Shown: in pieces, positions 54,176-64,000 of the stretch | Layout: each line of letters opens with the position of its first letter | Position numbering within the stretch: position 1 is the first letter of the stretch | Notes under the pieces: model-generated | What the model was told of the DNA's origin: nothing | The model's database searches: none | What the model saw: the letters and a program-made list of their open reading frames with translations, nothing else | Assembly: GCA_014905635.1 (NCBI GenBank) | Contig: JABVCE010000028.1 | Location: 62,001 to 126,000, forward strand | Reading direction: 5' to 3' | Source of the DNA: Scenedesmus sp. PABB004 | Lineage: Eukaryota | DNA length: 64,000 bases | Translations under genes and position numbers: made by a program

Positions 54176-57100
54176 TCACAGGAGCTTCCGGCCGCGGCCG
54201 CCAAAGCCACCGCCGCGGCCCAGGCCGCCGCCGCCGCCACCAAACCCGCCGGCGCCGCGGCCCAGGCCGCCGCCGCCGAGGCCCCCGCCGAGGCCGCCGG
54301 TGCTGGGATAGATGTAAGGCACGGCACTGCCACCGCCCCCGCCAAAGCCGCGCCCGCCCAGGCCGCCGCCGCCAAAGCCGCGCCCGCCGCCAAAGCCACC
54401 GAGGCCGCCGCCGCCGTAGCTCGGGCGGCCGCCGCCAAAGCCGCTGCCGCCGTAGCCGCGCCCGCCGAGCCCGCTCACGCCGCCCCAGCCGCCGCGCGGC
54501 GTGACGGCGCCCGCGGGCCGGCCGAGCGCGCCGGGCTGGGCGTAGCCGTAGGGCCGCGGCGTGAAGCCGCCGCCGCCGCGCGCGGGCCCCGCAAAACCAG
54601 GCACGCCGCCCGGCGCGCCGCCGGGGTTGGGTCGGAAGAAGGACGAAGTGGAGGGCTGCCCGGGCATGCCGGGCCCGCCGCCGCGCACGGGCCCCGCAAA
54701 GCCGGCCCCCGGGGTGCCAAAGCCGCGGCCGCCGGCGCGGTTGACCAGGCCCTGCGGCACCGGGTTGCCCGCCGGGTTGAGCACCGACCCGCCCGGCGTG
54801 CCGCGCCCGCCGCCCAGGCCGCTCCAGCGGCCGCCCGCGGGGCCGCCGAGGCCGACGCCGCCCGCGCGGGGCGCGGCGCCGCCGCCCGCGCCCGGCGCGC
54901 CGCCGTCGCCGCCCCTGCCGCCGCCGCCGCCGCGGGAGCCGCCGGGAGTCGCGCTGCCGCCGGTGTTGCTGTTGCCGATGCTGGGCTGGTTGTTGCCGCG
55001 CGAGCCGCCGCCGCGCGCGGCGATGCCGTCGGGCGTGGAGGTGACGGGCAGGATGGGCTGCGTCGCGGGGCCGCCTGCGCCGCCGCCGGGCACGATCGGG
55101 CCGCCGCCGGTGGGGCCGCCGCGGCCCGGCAGGCCGCCGCCGGGCGCGCCGCCGCCGGGCGCGCCGCCGCCCGGCGCTGCGGCGCCCCAGCGGCTGCCGC
55201 GGCTGCTCGGCGCGAGCGACCCGGGGCGGCTGCCCTGGAACCAGCTGCCACCGGCGCCGCGGCCGCCGGCCGGGCCGGCGCCGCCTGCGCCGCCGGGCGC
55301 GCCGCCGCCGGGGCGCGTGCCGCGGCCGCTCGAGGGCAGCACGAGCCCGGGGCCGCGGGGGTTGCCGCTGAGGGAGCCTGCGGCGCGCGCAGGAGCAGGG
55401 GGGTCGGCGCGCGGCGAGCCTGCGGCGCGCAGGCGCCCCCGCCCCCCTGGCCAGCCGCCGCGGCCTGCGGCCCCGCCCGTCCCGGCGCCCGCGCGCCTCA
55501 CCGGACGGGGGCGGCCGCACGGCGCGGCCGCTGCGAGGGTCGACCGGCGGTGAGAACAGGCCGCCGCCGGGGCGCGTCCCGCGCGCTGAGCCCGGGATGC
55601 TGTTGGGCTGCGTCTTGCCCCACGCGCCGGTGGGGCGCCAGTTGTTGGGCCTGCGCGCGCGCACCAGGCGCGGGCGGGCGGTGTGTGAGCGGCGCGAGCG
55701 CCGCACGAGCGGCGCCACGCCGCGCCGCGCCGCGCCGCGCCCGCACCTGTGCCCGGGGCGCCAGCCGGGGATGGGCTTGCCCGGGCGCCACCCGGGCGGG
55801 CGGGGGTTGTACCAGGGGTGGCGCCACCAGCCGCCGCCGCCGATCCAGTTGGGCCCGGCCCACCAGATCGGGCGCCAGATCGGCGCCAGCGGGCGCCACC
55901 AGAACGGGCGATAGTACCCCCACCCGCCGCCGCCGCCGCCCCAGTAGTCCCTGCGCGACCGCGCGCGGCGGGGGTCGGGACGAGGGCGCCGCCGCGCGCC
56001 GCGCCGCGCTGGGCCCCGCGGGCGCCGCGGGCGCGGCCCGGGCCGCGCGCGCGTGAGCAGACCCGCCCTCCGGCGGGGTGGCGTGGCGCACCAGTTGTCG
56101 TAGTAGGGCGTGCCCCAGTCGCCGTAAAAGGGGCTGTCCCAGAGGTAGTCGTAGCTGCGGGAGGGGGGCGGGGAGACGGGGAGGGGGCGCGCGCGGGCGG
56201 GGGCGTTATAAGCAATCAATCAAACAACAACGCTTGTCGTGTCATGAGGGAGACGGGACGCCTGGCCCACGCGCGCGCCCCCCTCGCGCCTGGGCACGCC
56301 GATGCAGCGGTTTGCGAAGCTGCACATCGGCGCCGCGCCCCAGCAGCCCGCGTCGGCGTAGGCGTAGGGATCACACTCCCCGCCGGGGGGCACGAGGTTG
56401 ATGCCGCCGTCGATGACAATCACGGTCACGTCGATGGGCCCGCCCGGCGGCGGGCTGTCGGCGCAGACCCACACGCTCTCATAGACAGCAGGGTAGGCCG
56501 CCGCGGGCACCGGCTCGCGGCAGGCGTCGTCGGCCGCGACAAACACGCGCCCGCCGCTCCCGTCGACGCGCACGACGGGCGTGACGTCGCGCAGCACGCT
56601 GCGCGGGAGGCAGCACTGGCCCTTGTACTGCTCCGCCAGGTCGGCGGGGTTGAGCACGAGCCCGCTCTGAAGCGTGATGCCTGCGCGGCGGACGCGGGCG
56701 GCGCAGACGCCGCGGCGCGCGCGCGCGCGTCGGACCGACGGCGGCCGGCCAGCGTGGCGGCCGGCCGCGGCAGCCCAGCAGCGCAGGCCCCCTCCCCAGC
56801 CAGCCAGCCAGCCGGGCGGCGAGCCCCGGCACGCACTCGGGCCGTCCTTGACCGGCTGCCGCGCCTCCTCTGGCAGCGCCATGCACTTGCCGCTGCCGCC
56901 CGCGTCGCAGAGCGGCGCGGCGGTGGAGCAGACGACCATGGGGTCGGCCGTGTTGTTCGCGTCGACACACCAGTCGTCGGCGAGCGCGACAAACAGGCCT
57001 GGCGGCGACGCACGCAGCGGCGGCCGCGGCGTCGGCGGCGGCGGTGCTGGGGCGTCGCGCTGCTGGGCCCGGGCGCCGCGGCGGGCGCGAGCGCGGCGCA

Positions 57101-58157
57101 GGCGCGCACCGCCGTCTGGGTTGGCGCAGCCGCCGTCCTTGCACTTGGACTGCTCCGCCAGCGGCTTGCCGCACCTGCCGGCCGGCGGCGGCGCGGTGCG
57201 GGGCGGCCGGCGGGTCGGCCGCCGCGCGGGGACGCGCCGCGGCCGCTGGCCCGCTGGCGGCCGCGCCCTGCTGGCTGGCCCGCCCCTGGCGCGCCCTCCC
57301 GCCTGAGGCCGGCCGGCGGGCCCCTCACATGTAGATCGCCTCAAAGCTGGCCGGGTAGGCCGCGGCGTCGATGGGGTTCTTGCAGTCGGGGTCGCTCGTG
57401 GTGTAGTACTGCCCTGCGGCGGCGGGGCGCGGACGCAGGCGCGCGCAGCGCGTGAGCGCCCCGCGCTGCGCGCCGCGCTGCGCGGCTGTGGCGGCGGCGT
57501 GACTTTGGCCGCGGGCCGGGGCCGCACCGCCGCTCCCGTCGATGCGAACGACGGGCGTGTAGTCGCCCAGCACGCTGCGCGGCACGCAGCAGCTCCAGTT
57601 GGACGCCTGCGCAACCGCCGCGGGTGGCGGTGGGCGCGGGGGCGCGGTGGTACAGCGCGCGCCGCAGCCCCGGGGTCCGCCGGCGGCTGCGGGGGCGGCG
57701 GGCACCGCGGCCGCCGGCGGTCCTGCGGCGGCCGCGCCCAACGAGCAGCGCGCCGCGCGGTGCCGCCGCGCGGCGCAGCGCGTTGGGGACGGCGCTGACG
57801 ACACCAGCTGCCGCCCGAGCTGGTCCGCAGCAGCTGCCGCTGCGCGATCGCGCCACAAAAAGGATCGGTCACCCCGCCTTCCGCCTGGGCTCCAAACCTG
57901 CCTTGTAAAGCAGCTCCAACCCAACCACCTGTCCAGACATCAAAGTCATGTCTGGGGAGCACGTCGGGGCGGGCGGAGGGCTCAGGCGAGCGGCGTGCGC
58001 GGAGAACGAGCGCGCCGAAGAGCACCCACGGCATCCGCCCCCAGCGCGCGCTCCCGAACTCACTGGCGGGCCGCAGCTCCGCGGAGACGACGCCGGGACC
58101 GATTGCCAGCAGCACCAGCAGCGCAGCCGCGCCGGTGAGGCCGCGTAGGCGCCCCAT
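54176..58157 (-). CDS. Putative secreted protein with duplicated Cys-rich modules, a Trp/Pro/Arg-rich segment and a Gly/Arg-rich tail
   Basis: Signal-like start MGRLRGLTGAAALLVLLAIGPGVVSA. Exons carry CCVPRSVL.. and CCLPRSVL.., YYRPFWWRPLAPIWRPIWW, and end ..FGGRGRKLL* at 54176. The 5' exon structure is uncertain. Confidence 0.65.
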
Positions 58158-58385
58158 CGCGGAGAGTCCTGCGCGCGCGCGCGTTCCCAGCCTGCCTAGG
58201 CCTGCATGGACGGCCGTACGGTCTGCCCCTGTGCGCGCACTGTGACGCTGACCACGGGGAGCGGGTGGGCGATTGGCGGCGGCGGCGTCACCCGCCGACC
58301 GTTCGACTTGCCGCGCCGCCGGCAGCAGAACCACCGGCAGCTGCCGCATCACCGTTTCCCTGCCCCATCACCGTCGCCAGACCTC

Positions 58386-60179
58386 TCACTGCTGCTCCTG
58401 CTGCTGCTGCTGCTGCTGCTGTGCCTGCCACGCGGCGAGCCGGTCCTGCATCGCCTGCGGGCGCGGGGGCGCGGGCGGCCGGGTCGGCGCCGCTCGCGGC
58501 TTCCGCCGCGCCCGCCGCGTGCGCGGCAGGCGCGGATCACCTTGAGCCGCTCCGCCTTGGCCGCGTCAGCCGCCGCCTTCTCCGCGTCCTTGGCGGCCCT
58601 GCGGGTGCGCGCGCGCGCGCGCACGTGGCGTGGCGGCGGCGGCCGCGCCAGGCGGGGGCCGCCCCCAACCCCCTGCCGGTCCCGCCAACGCCGCGCCGGC
58701 GCTGCGCGCGCTCACTTGGCGGCCGCCGCGCGGTCCTGCAGCGAGTCGGCGCCGCCCGCCGCGCCGGCCGCGCCGCCGCCGGCGCCGGCGCTCGCGGCGC
58801 GCGGCAGCACGCGCGACGCGTAGGGCACGTCGACCACCTTGGCGGGCTCGCCGTCCACCGCGACGGTGATCCCCCGCAGCGGCACCTGCGGCGGCAGCGC
58901 GGCGCGGTCGGGGCGCGCGCGTGCGCGCGCGCCCGCGCATTCGCCGCGTGCTCGCCGCGCGGCCGCCGCGCCGCTGCGCACCTGGGCGCCGCCCTTGCGG
59001 CAGCGCAAGTAGGCCAGACCAAAGTGGCCGCTGGCCTCCAGGTTGGCGTAGCTTGTCAACCGCCCCAGCACCTCGCCGCCGTCCTCCGGCAGCGCCGTGA
59101 CCGCCGCGCCCGGCGCCGCGCGGGCGCTGAGCTGCAGGCCCCAGAGCTGCTGCTTCACGCCGTTGGCGTTGCTCACCTGCGCGCGCGCGCGCGCGCGCGC
59201 CGCCGCGGCGGCGGTGGGCACGGGCACGCGCCGCCGCCGCGCCTCGCGCGCCCGCGCTTGCGGCCGCAGGCGCACGCATGCCCCCCCCCCCCTTCCACAC
59301 ACACCCACCCACCCACCTTTGCCAGCGTCTCCTGGCCGATGTAGCAGCCCTTGTCGAGGCTGACTGCGTGGCTGAGCCCCGCCTCGAGCGGGTTGTACTC
59401 CTCACCCAGCTCAGCGCCCGCCGCGGGGCGGCCCTGCGTGACGCGCAGGCGCTCCCAGTCCGCCTCGCCCATCGGGATGCACGCCTGCGCGGGGCGGCGG
59501 CGGCGGCGGCGGCCGGGCGCTCGGCAGGCGGCCCCTGCCGCCACGCCGGCGCGCCGCGGGGCGGCGCTCCGCACACAGCTGTGCGCCTGCGTGCGCCTGC
59601 GCGCGCGCGCGTCCCTCAGCGGCGCGCCCGCGCGAGCGCCCCGCGGCGGCGGCGGCGGGCGCGCCTTGTTGATGAGCGCTGCATAGAGGTCCCCCGCGGC
59701 GCCCGCGTCGACGATCAGCGTGTAGCCAGGCACCGCCAGCCCGCTGCCGACGGCCAGCACGACGGGCGCGCCGCCGCCGAAGCGCAGCAGCTGGTGCGTC
59801 GCGTACGGCGCGCCCTCGAGCGTGAACGCATCCTGCGCGGCGCGGCGTGGCGCGGGCTGGGCGGCCGGCGCGCGGCCGCGGCCGCTTCGCCCCGCGCGCC
59901 GCGCCGCCGCGCTGCCGCGCCACCGCGTCGGCGCCGGCTCACCCCCGCGAGCTCGCGCAGCACGTCGCCGGCCTGGGGGCCCAGCAGGGTGAGCATGCGG
60001 CACGCGGGCCCCACGTCGGTCAGGCTGACGTCATCCCCCCGAAACACGAGGCCCTCCAGCCGTGCCGCGAGCGGGCCCGCGAGCTCCGGGCTGGTGATGA
60101 GCAGCACGCTGCTCTCCAGCGCGAGCGCGGTCGCGAGGTCGAGGCAGCGCGCGGTGCGCGTCACAAACACCTGGCGCCC

Positions 60180-60212
<33 letters not shown>

Positions 60213-60841
60213 TGGGCCGCGTGGCGCGGCGTGGGCCGCGCAGCGCGCCGCGCCCGGCCGCCCGCGGGCGCGGCGCACCGTGTCGCATCCGCGGCCGGGC
60301 GCGAGCGCCTTGATGTCGGCGGTGGACTGGTTGTGCAGCAGCGACAGGCGGTCGCGCCCCGCAACGCGCAAGCGGCCCCAGTGCGAGCGGTCGACCAGCA
60401 CTGCGCCGTGCTGCAGCGCCTCGAGCACGCGCTGCGTGTTGTTGAAGCTCACCGCCACGCCGCGCTCCTGCGGCGGCGCGGCGGCGGCGCGCGGGGTCGG
60501 GCGCTGCCGCGCGGCGCGCGGGCCGGCGCCCCGCCGCCGCGCCGCGCCGCGCCGCGCCGCGCCGCAGCACGCACATCAAACTCAGCGCCGAGCTCCTGCT
60601 GGTACGTCGTGATGTCGGCGGCGTCGATCGGCGGCGCCTCGATGCCCAGCGCGGCCAGGTCGAGGCCGCCGCCGCCCGAGCGCGCCGCGATTGTGCGCCG
60701 CGCCGCGCCGGCCGCTGCCGCGCGGGGCTGGCCGCCGCCGCCGCCGCGCCCGGCCGCGGGCGGGCGGCGGCAGCAGCGGCCGGCGCCGGCCGGCGCCGGC
60801 CGAACGGCGGAGGCGCCCCGGGTCGACCGCAGCGCCCGCAT
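58386..60841 (-). CDS. Folate-binding YgfZ/COG0354 (GcvT-like) Fe-S cluster maintenance protein, plastid type
   Basis: VDRSHWGRLRVAGRDRLSLLHNQST, WERLRVTQGRP, YNPLEAGL, and the signature SLDKGCYIGQETLAK. The N-terminus is transit-peptide-like. Confidence 0.92.
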
Positions 60842-61188
60842 TTGCCGCGGCGCGCGCAATTGGCCGCTCCGGAGGCGGCGGCAGCGGCGCTGCTGCCGCG
60901 CTGGCTGGCGGGGGGCAGGGCCGAGCGATGCGAGCGCGCCAGCAGGCAGACAGTATGGCCGGCAGGAGCGCAGCCGCGCGAGGATGCGCGTCACTTGAAG
61001 GGGCGGCGCCGCCGTCGTGACGCCCCCCCTGTCGCGCTGCGCGCCGTGCTCTGAAGGCGACCCGCTGCGGCTGGCAGAGTCGAACAGCCGCTCTCTCCTC
61101 AGCAGCCCGCTGCGCCGGCCTGTTGCAGCGCCAGTCACCGGCGACCCGCGCGCCGCCGCTGCTGCACGCGCGCCGACGCCGCCATCTC

Positions 61189-62240
61189 ATGCTCGCGCCG
61201 CGCCTGGCGCGAGCAGCCGCACCACCACCAGCAGCAGCACCAGTCTCGCAGCACGCCCGCCAGCGCGGCGCCGCCCCGTGCCCGCGTTGCGGCCGCCCAC
61301 CGCCGCTCGCGGCCGCGGCGGCGGCGGCGCCCCATCGCGGCGCGCCCGGCCGCCGGGCGTCGCACGTGTCGCGCGTCACGCCGGGTGGGCAGGCGTCACA
61401 CCAGGGGGCGCGGCGCGGCGCCGCTTGTGTCCATGCGCGCGCCCGATGACGACGCCCGCGCCGCCCCCGCGCCGCCAGAGCTGCTGGCCGAGGTCGAGGC
61501 GCTGAAGGCGGAGGCCGATGCGCTGCATGCAGAGGCCGCGGCCGCCGGCCGCGCGGCGGAGGCGGCGTCCAAGCGCAGCCGGCGCCTCGCCGAGCGGAGC
61601 CGCGAGCTGCAGGTGGTTGCGCGCCGCCGCGCCTGCCGCGGCGCCGGCACCACCGGCGGCGCTGGATGGATGGGTCCTGCAGCGCGCGGCCGCTGCGCCC
61701 GTCACCGCCGCGCCTGCTGCCGCCCCCCGCTGCGTGACTGCTGCTGCTGCTGCGTCAGGCGTACGCGCTCGATCACGTGATGCTGGGCGACGAGCCCGCG
61801 GCGCGCGCCGCGCTCGCCCAGAAGGCGGCGGTCGCGGACGCGCTGGCGCAGGCGACGCGCCGCGCGGAGGCCAACAGCGCGCTCGCGCGGTGCGGCGCGG
61901 CTTGCGTGCGGCGCCGTGCGGCGTCGTGCGCATGCGCGGCGCCGCAGCCGCGCGGCTGCTCATCCGGGGGGCGCGTGCGCCGCCGCCGCCGCCGGGCGCG
62001 CGCAGGAAGCTCGAGGACGTGCTGACGGCCAAGCAGGCGGCGCTGCTGGCGGTCATACGTGCCGCCAAGGCCGCGGCGGACGCGGAGCGCGGCGCCAAAG
62101 AGCCCGCAGCGGCGGCCGCGGCGCCGCGCGGGCTCAAGCGCTCGCGCTCGACCGCGTGGACGTCGGCCTCGCTCGATGCGGCGAGCGAGGTTGTGGGTGT
62201 GAGCAGCAGCGGCAGCGCGAGCAGCAGCGAGGGCGAGTGA
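61189..62240 (+). CDS. Coiled-coil protein with PspA/VIPP-like helices, possibly plastid-targeted
   Basis: ELLAEVEALKAEADAL..RSRELQ|AYALDHVMLGDEPAARAALAQK..ANSALAR|KLEDVLTAKQ, joined by GT-AG introns. Start uncertain. Confidence 0.55.
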
Positions 62241-62536
62241 GCAGCGAGGGCGAGCGCGAGTGCACCGCGAGCGCCGCGTGGCGCCCGCGGCGCGGCCGGC
62301 GGCAACGATCCCTGGAACGCGCCTGCCTATGACGCTCCGCCAGTCACGCAAGAGCTGCAGGCGGCGGCTCGGCGCCAGGCGGTGCCCCGGCGCGCACGGT
62401 GGTCACCCGGCCGCGTGACGGCACGGCAGACCCTGCGCCGCCGCCGCCGCTCCCAGGCTGGCACCGGCAGGTCGAACGAGCGCGGAACGGGCAGCCAGTC
62501 GCGCGATGGCGCGTGGATCGCTGAAATAGGCACTGC

Positions 62537-64000
62537 ATGGCGGGCGGGGCGTCCGCCGGGACCGGGCGCCGTCTCGTCCTCGTCCTCGCGCTGCTGGGCG
62601 CCTGGGCCCTGGCGGGGGCGCGCTGCGGGCCGTGCGCGCCGCGGGGCGGTGGCCGAGCGCCCTGGTCGCTCGCGCTGGGCGGCGAGAACTGCACCCTCGC
62701 GCTGGGGCCCGACGCTGCGGGCGCACACCAGCAGGCGCTGGAGCTGGAGGGCCCCGGCGTCGTGACCCTGGCCGGCGATGGCGCCTTCGCAGGTCAGCAG
62801 CGCCCAGCCTGGCGCGCGGCAGGGGCTGCCCGGGGCGCGGGAGCGACGGCCGGGCGCCCGGCCGGTGGCGCAGGCACGGGGGCGCCGATCGCTGCGGCGG
62901 CACGGCCCGCACGCGCCGACGCGGCCGCGCGGCGGCGCCGCCGCTGCCCGCGCGCGCCGCGCAGGGCTCGGCGCCGCCAGCCTGCGCGACGTGGTGCTGG
63001 TCAGCGAGCGCTTCCCCACGACCGCGCTGAGCGTCGCGGACCTGCTGTGGCCGCCGCTGCTCGCGGCGCGCGGCGCGGCGCGCGTGAACATGACCAACGT
63101 CCAGGTCGTCTACCGCCTGCCGCCCGGCGCCGCGGCCGGCGCGGTCGCCGCGCTGCGCGGCGTCGTGAGCGACCCCGTCACGCAGCAGGCCGTGGCCAGC
63201 TGGGCCCTCAACCTCTACACGGTGCGCGCGCGGGCCGCGCCGCGGCCAGCCGCGCCGGGGGCCGCGCGAGCCCCGCGCCGGCGGCGCCGCCCCGCCCGCG
63301 CGGCGGCGCGGCGGCGACCCCGCCGGCCCCGCCGGCCCCGGCGCGCGCCGCGCAGGACTACTCGAGCTTTGCCTACGTGGCCGCGCTGAGCAGCGAGGGC
63401 CTGGCCTGCCGCGGCTGCGGCGTGTTCCTGGAGTTTGGCGGCGCGCCGCCGGGCCCGACGGCCAGCCCCAACGGCGGCGCGCCGGGCGTCAACTACGCGC
63501 TGGGCGTGACGCAGGCGGGCTTTGGCGACCTGCTCTCGCGCTACGCGACGCTCGAGAGCGCGCGGCCCTTCCTCGTGCTCCTCGGCAGCAACGTCACCTG
63601 GGGCGGCGCGCCGCTCGCGCTCGGCCGGCCGCTCGTGCTCGTCGGCCAGGCGGGGCGGCTGACGAGCGTGGACCTGGGCATGCGGGCCAACCAGGTCTCG
63701 CTCGCCGCGGCGCACGCCAACCTGACCATGGACGGCCTCGTCGTTGAAAACCTGGGCTACGGCGACCGCCAGAGCGGCAACCTGCTCAGCGGGCTGAGCC
63801 TGGTCAACACGTTCAACCTCTGGTTCTTCCTATGGGACAGGCGAGGCGCACGCGCGCGCGCGCGGGCCGTGCCGTGCCATCCCGGCGCTGCGCCGCCGCG
63901 CGCCTTGCCGCGCGCAGCGGCGGCGCCCACGCACCGTCCTCGCCGCCGCGCCGGGCGCGCCGCGCAGGTCGGACGTGCGGCTGGTGAGCCACAACGTGAC
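62537..64000 (+). CDS. Signal-peptide protein with a chlorophyte-type extracellular domain of the kind often found on receptor-like kinases; runs off the right edge
   Basis: MAGGASAGTGRRLVLVLALLGAWALAG; LGSNVTW..RPLVLVG..LTSVDLGMRANQV..NLTMDGLVVENLGYGD..NLWFFLWDR. No kinase domain is visible in the window. Confidence 0.6.
   Translation, partial: MAGGASAGTGRRLVLVLALLGAWALAGARCGPCAPRGGGRAPWSLALGGENCTLALGPDAAGAHQQALELEGPGVVTLAGDGAFAGQQRPAWRAAGAARGAGATAGRPAGGAGTGAPIAAAARPARADAAARRRRRCPRAPRRARRRQPARRGAGQRALPHDRAERRGPAVAAAARGARRGAREHDQRPGRLPPAARRRGRRGRRAARRRERPRHAAGRGQLGPQPLHGARAGRAAASRAGGRASPAPAAPPRPRGGAAATPPAPPAPARAAQDYSSFAYVAALSSEGLACRGCGVFLEFGGAPPGPTASPNGGAPGVNYALGVTQAGFGDLLSRYATLESARPFLVLLGSNVTWGGAPLALGRPLVLVGQAGRLTSVDLGMRANQVSLAAAHANLTMDGLVVENLGYGDRQSGNLLSGLSLVNTFNLWFFLWDRRGARARARAVPCHPGAAPPRALPRAAAAPTHRPRRRAGRAAQVGRAAGEPQRD

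Overview
This is extremely GC-rich (about 80% by eye), intron-rich, gene-dense eukaryotic nuclear DNA. It is from a green alga, probably a chlorophycean; this is inferred from nuclear PsbP, plastid transit peptides and plant-type TOM6, TOP6B and DEG15. Nearly all long ORFs in the supplied track are GC artefacts, so genes were rebuilt by hand across spliceosomal introns, and exon edges are approximate. About 25 protein genes are supported. In order they are: DEG15 protease (partial), PH-WW protein, sulfotransferase-like/aminotransferase-IV fusion, FkbM methyltransferase, CDPK, YrdC/Sua5-like, an unknown protein, a COG2403 (cDPGS/arginine-synthetase-like) P-loop enzyme, TOP6B, a secreted Cys-rich protein, a phycodnavirus-like Zn-deaminase, MEI1/PRD1, PsbP, a rhomboid-like protein, an LRR protein, a nucleoplasmin-like protein, TOM6, an ASH2L-like SPRY protein, a PARP-type Zn-finger protein, a guanine/guanosine deaminase, a SIM-RNase H protein, a secreted Cys-repeat/Trp-rich/RGG protein, YgfZ/COG0354, a coiled-coil protein and a partial receptor-like protein. 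The most notable observations are (1) a candidate bicistronic TOM6-ASH2L unit with a 31-nt spacer, (2) a ~135-nt near-perfect intronic hairpin (pre-miRNA-like) in the CDPK gene, (3) very frequent AG|GCGCGC non-canonical donors, (4) an intron-containing virus-like deaminase, (5) an arginine-synthetase-like enzyme, and (6) strand-polarised G-rich/C-rich introns with telomere-like repeats. Family calls come from remembered motifs, not from database searches.
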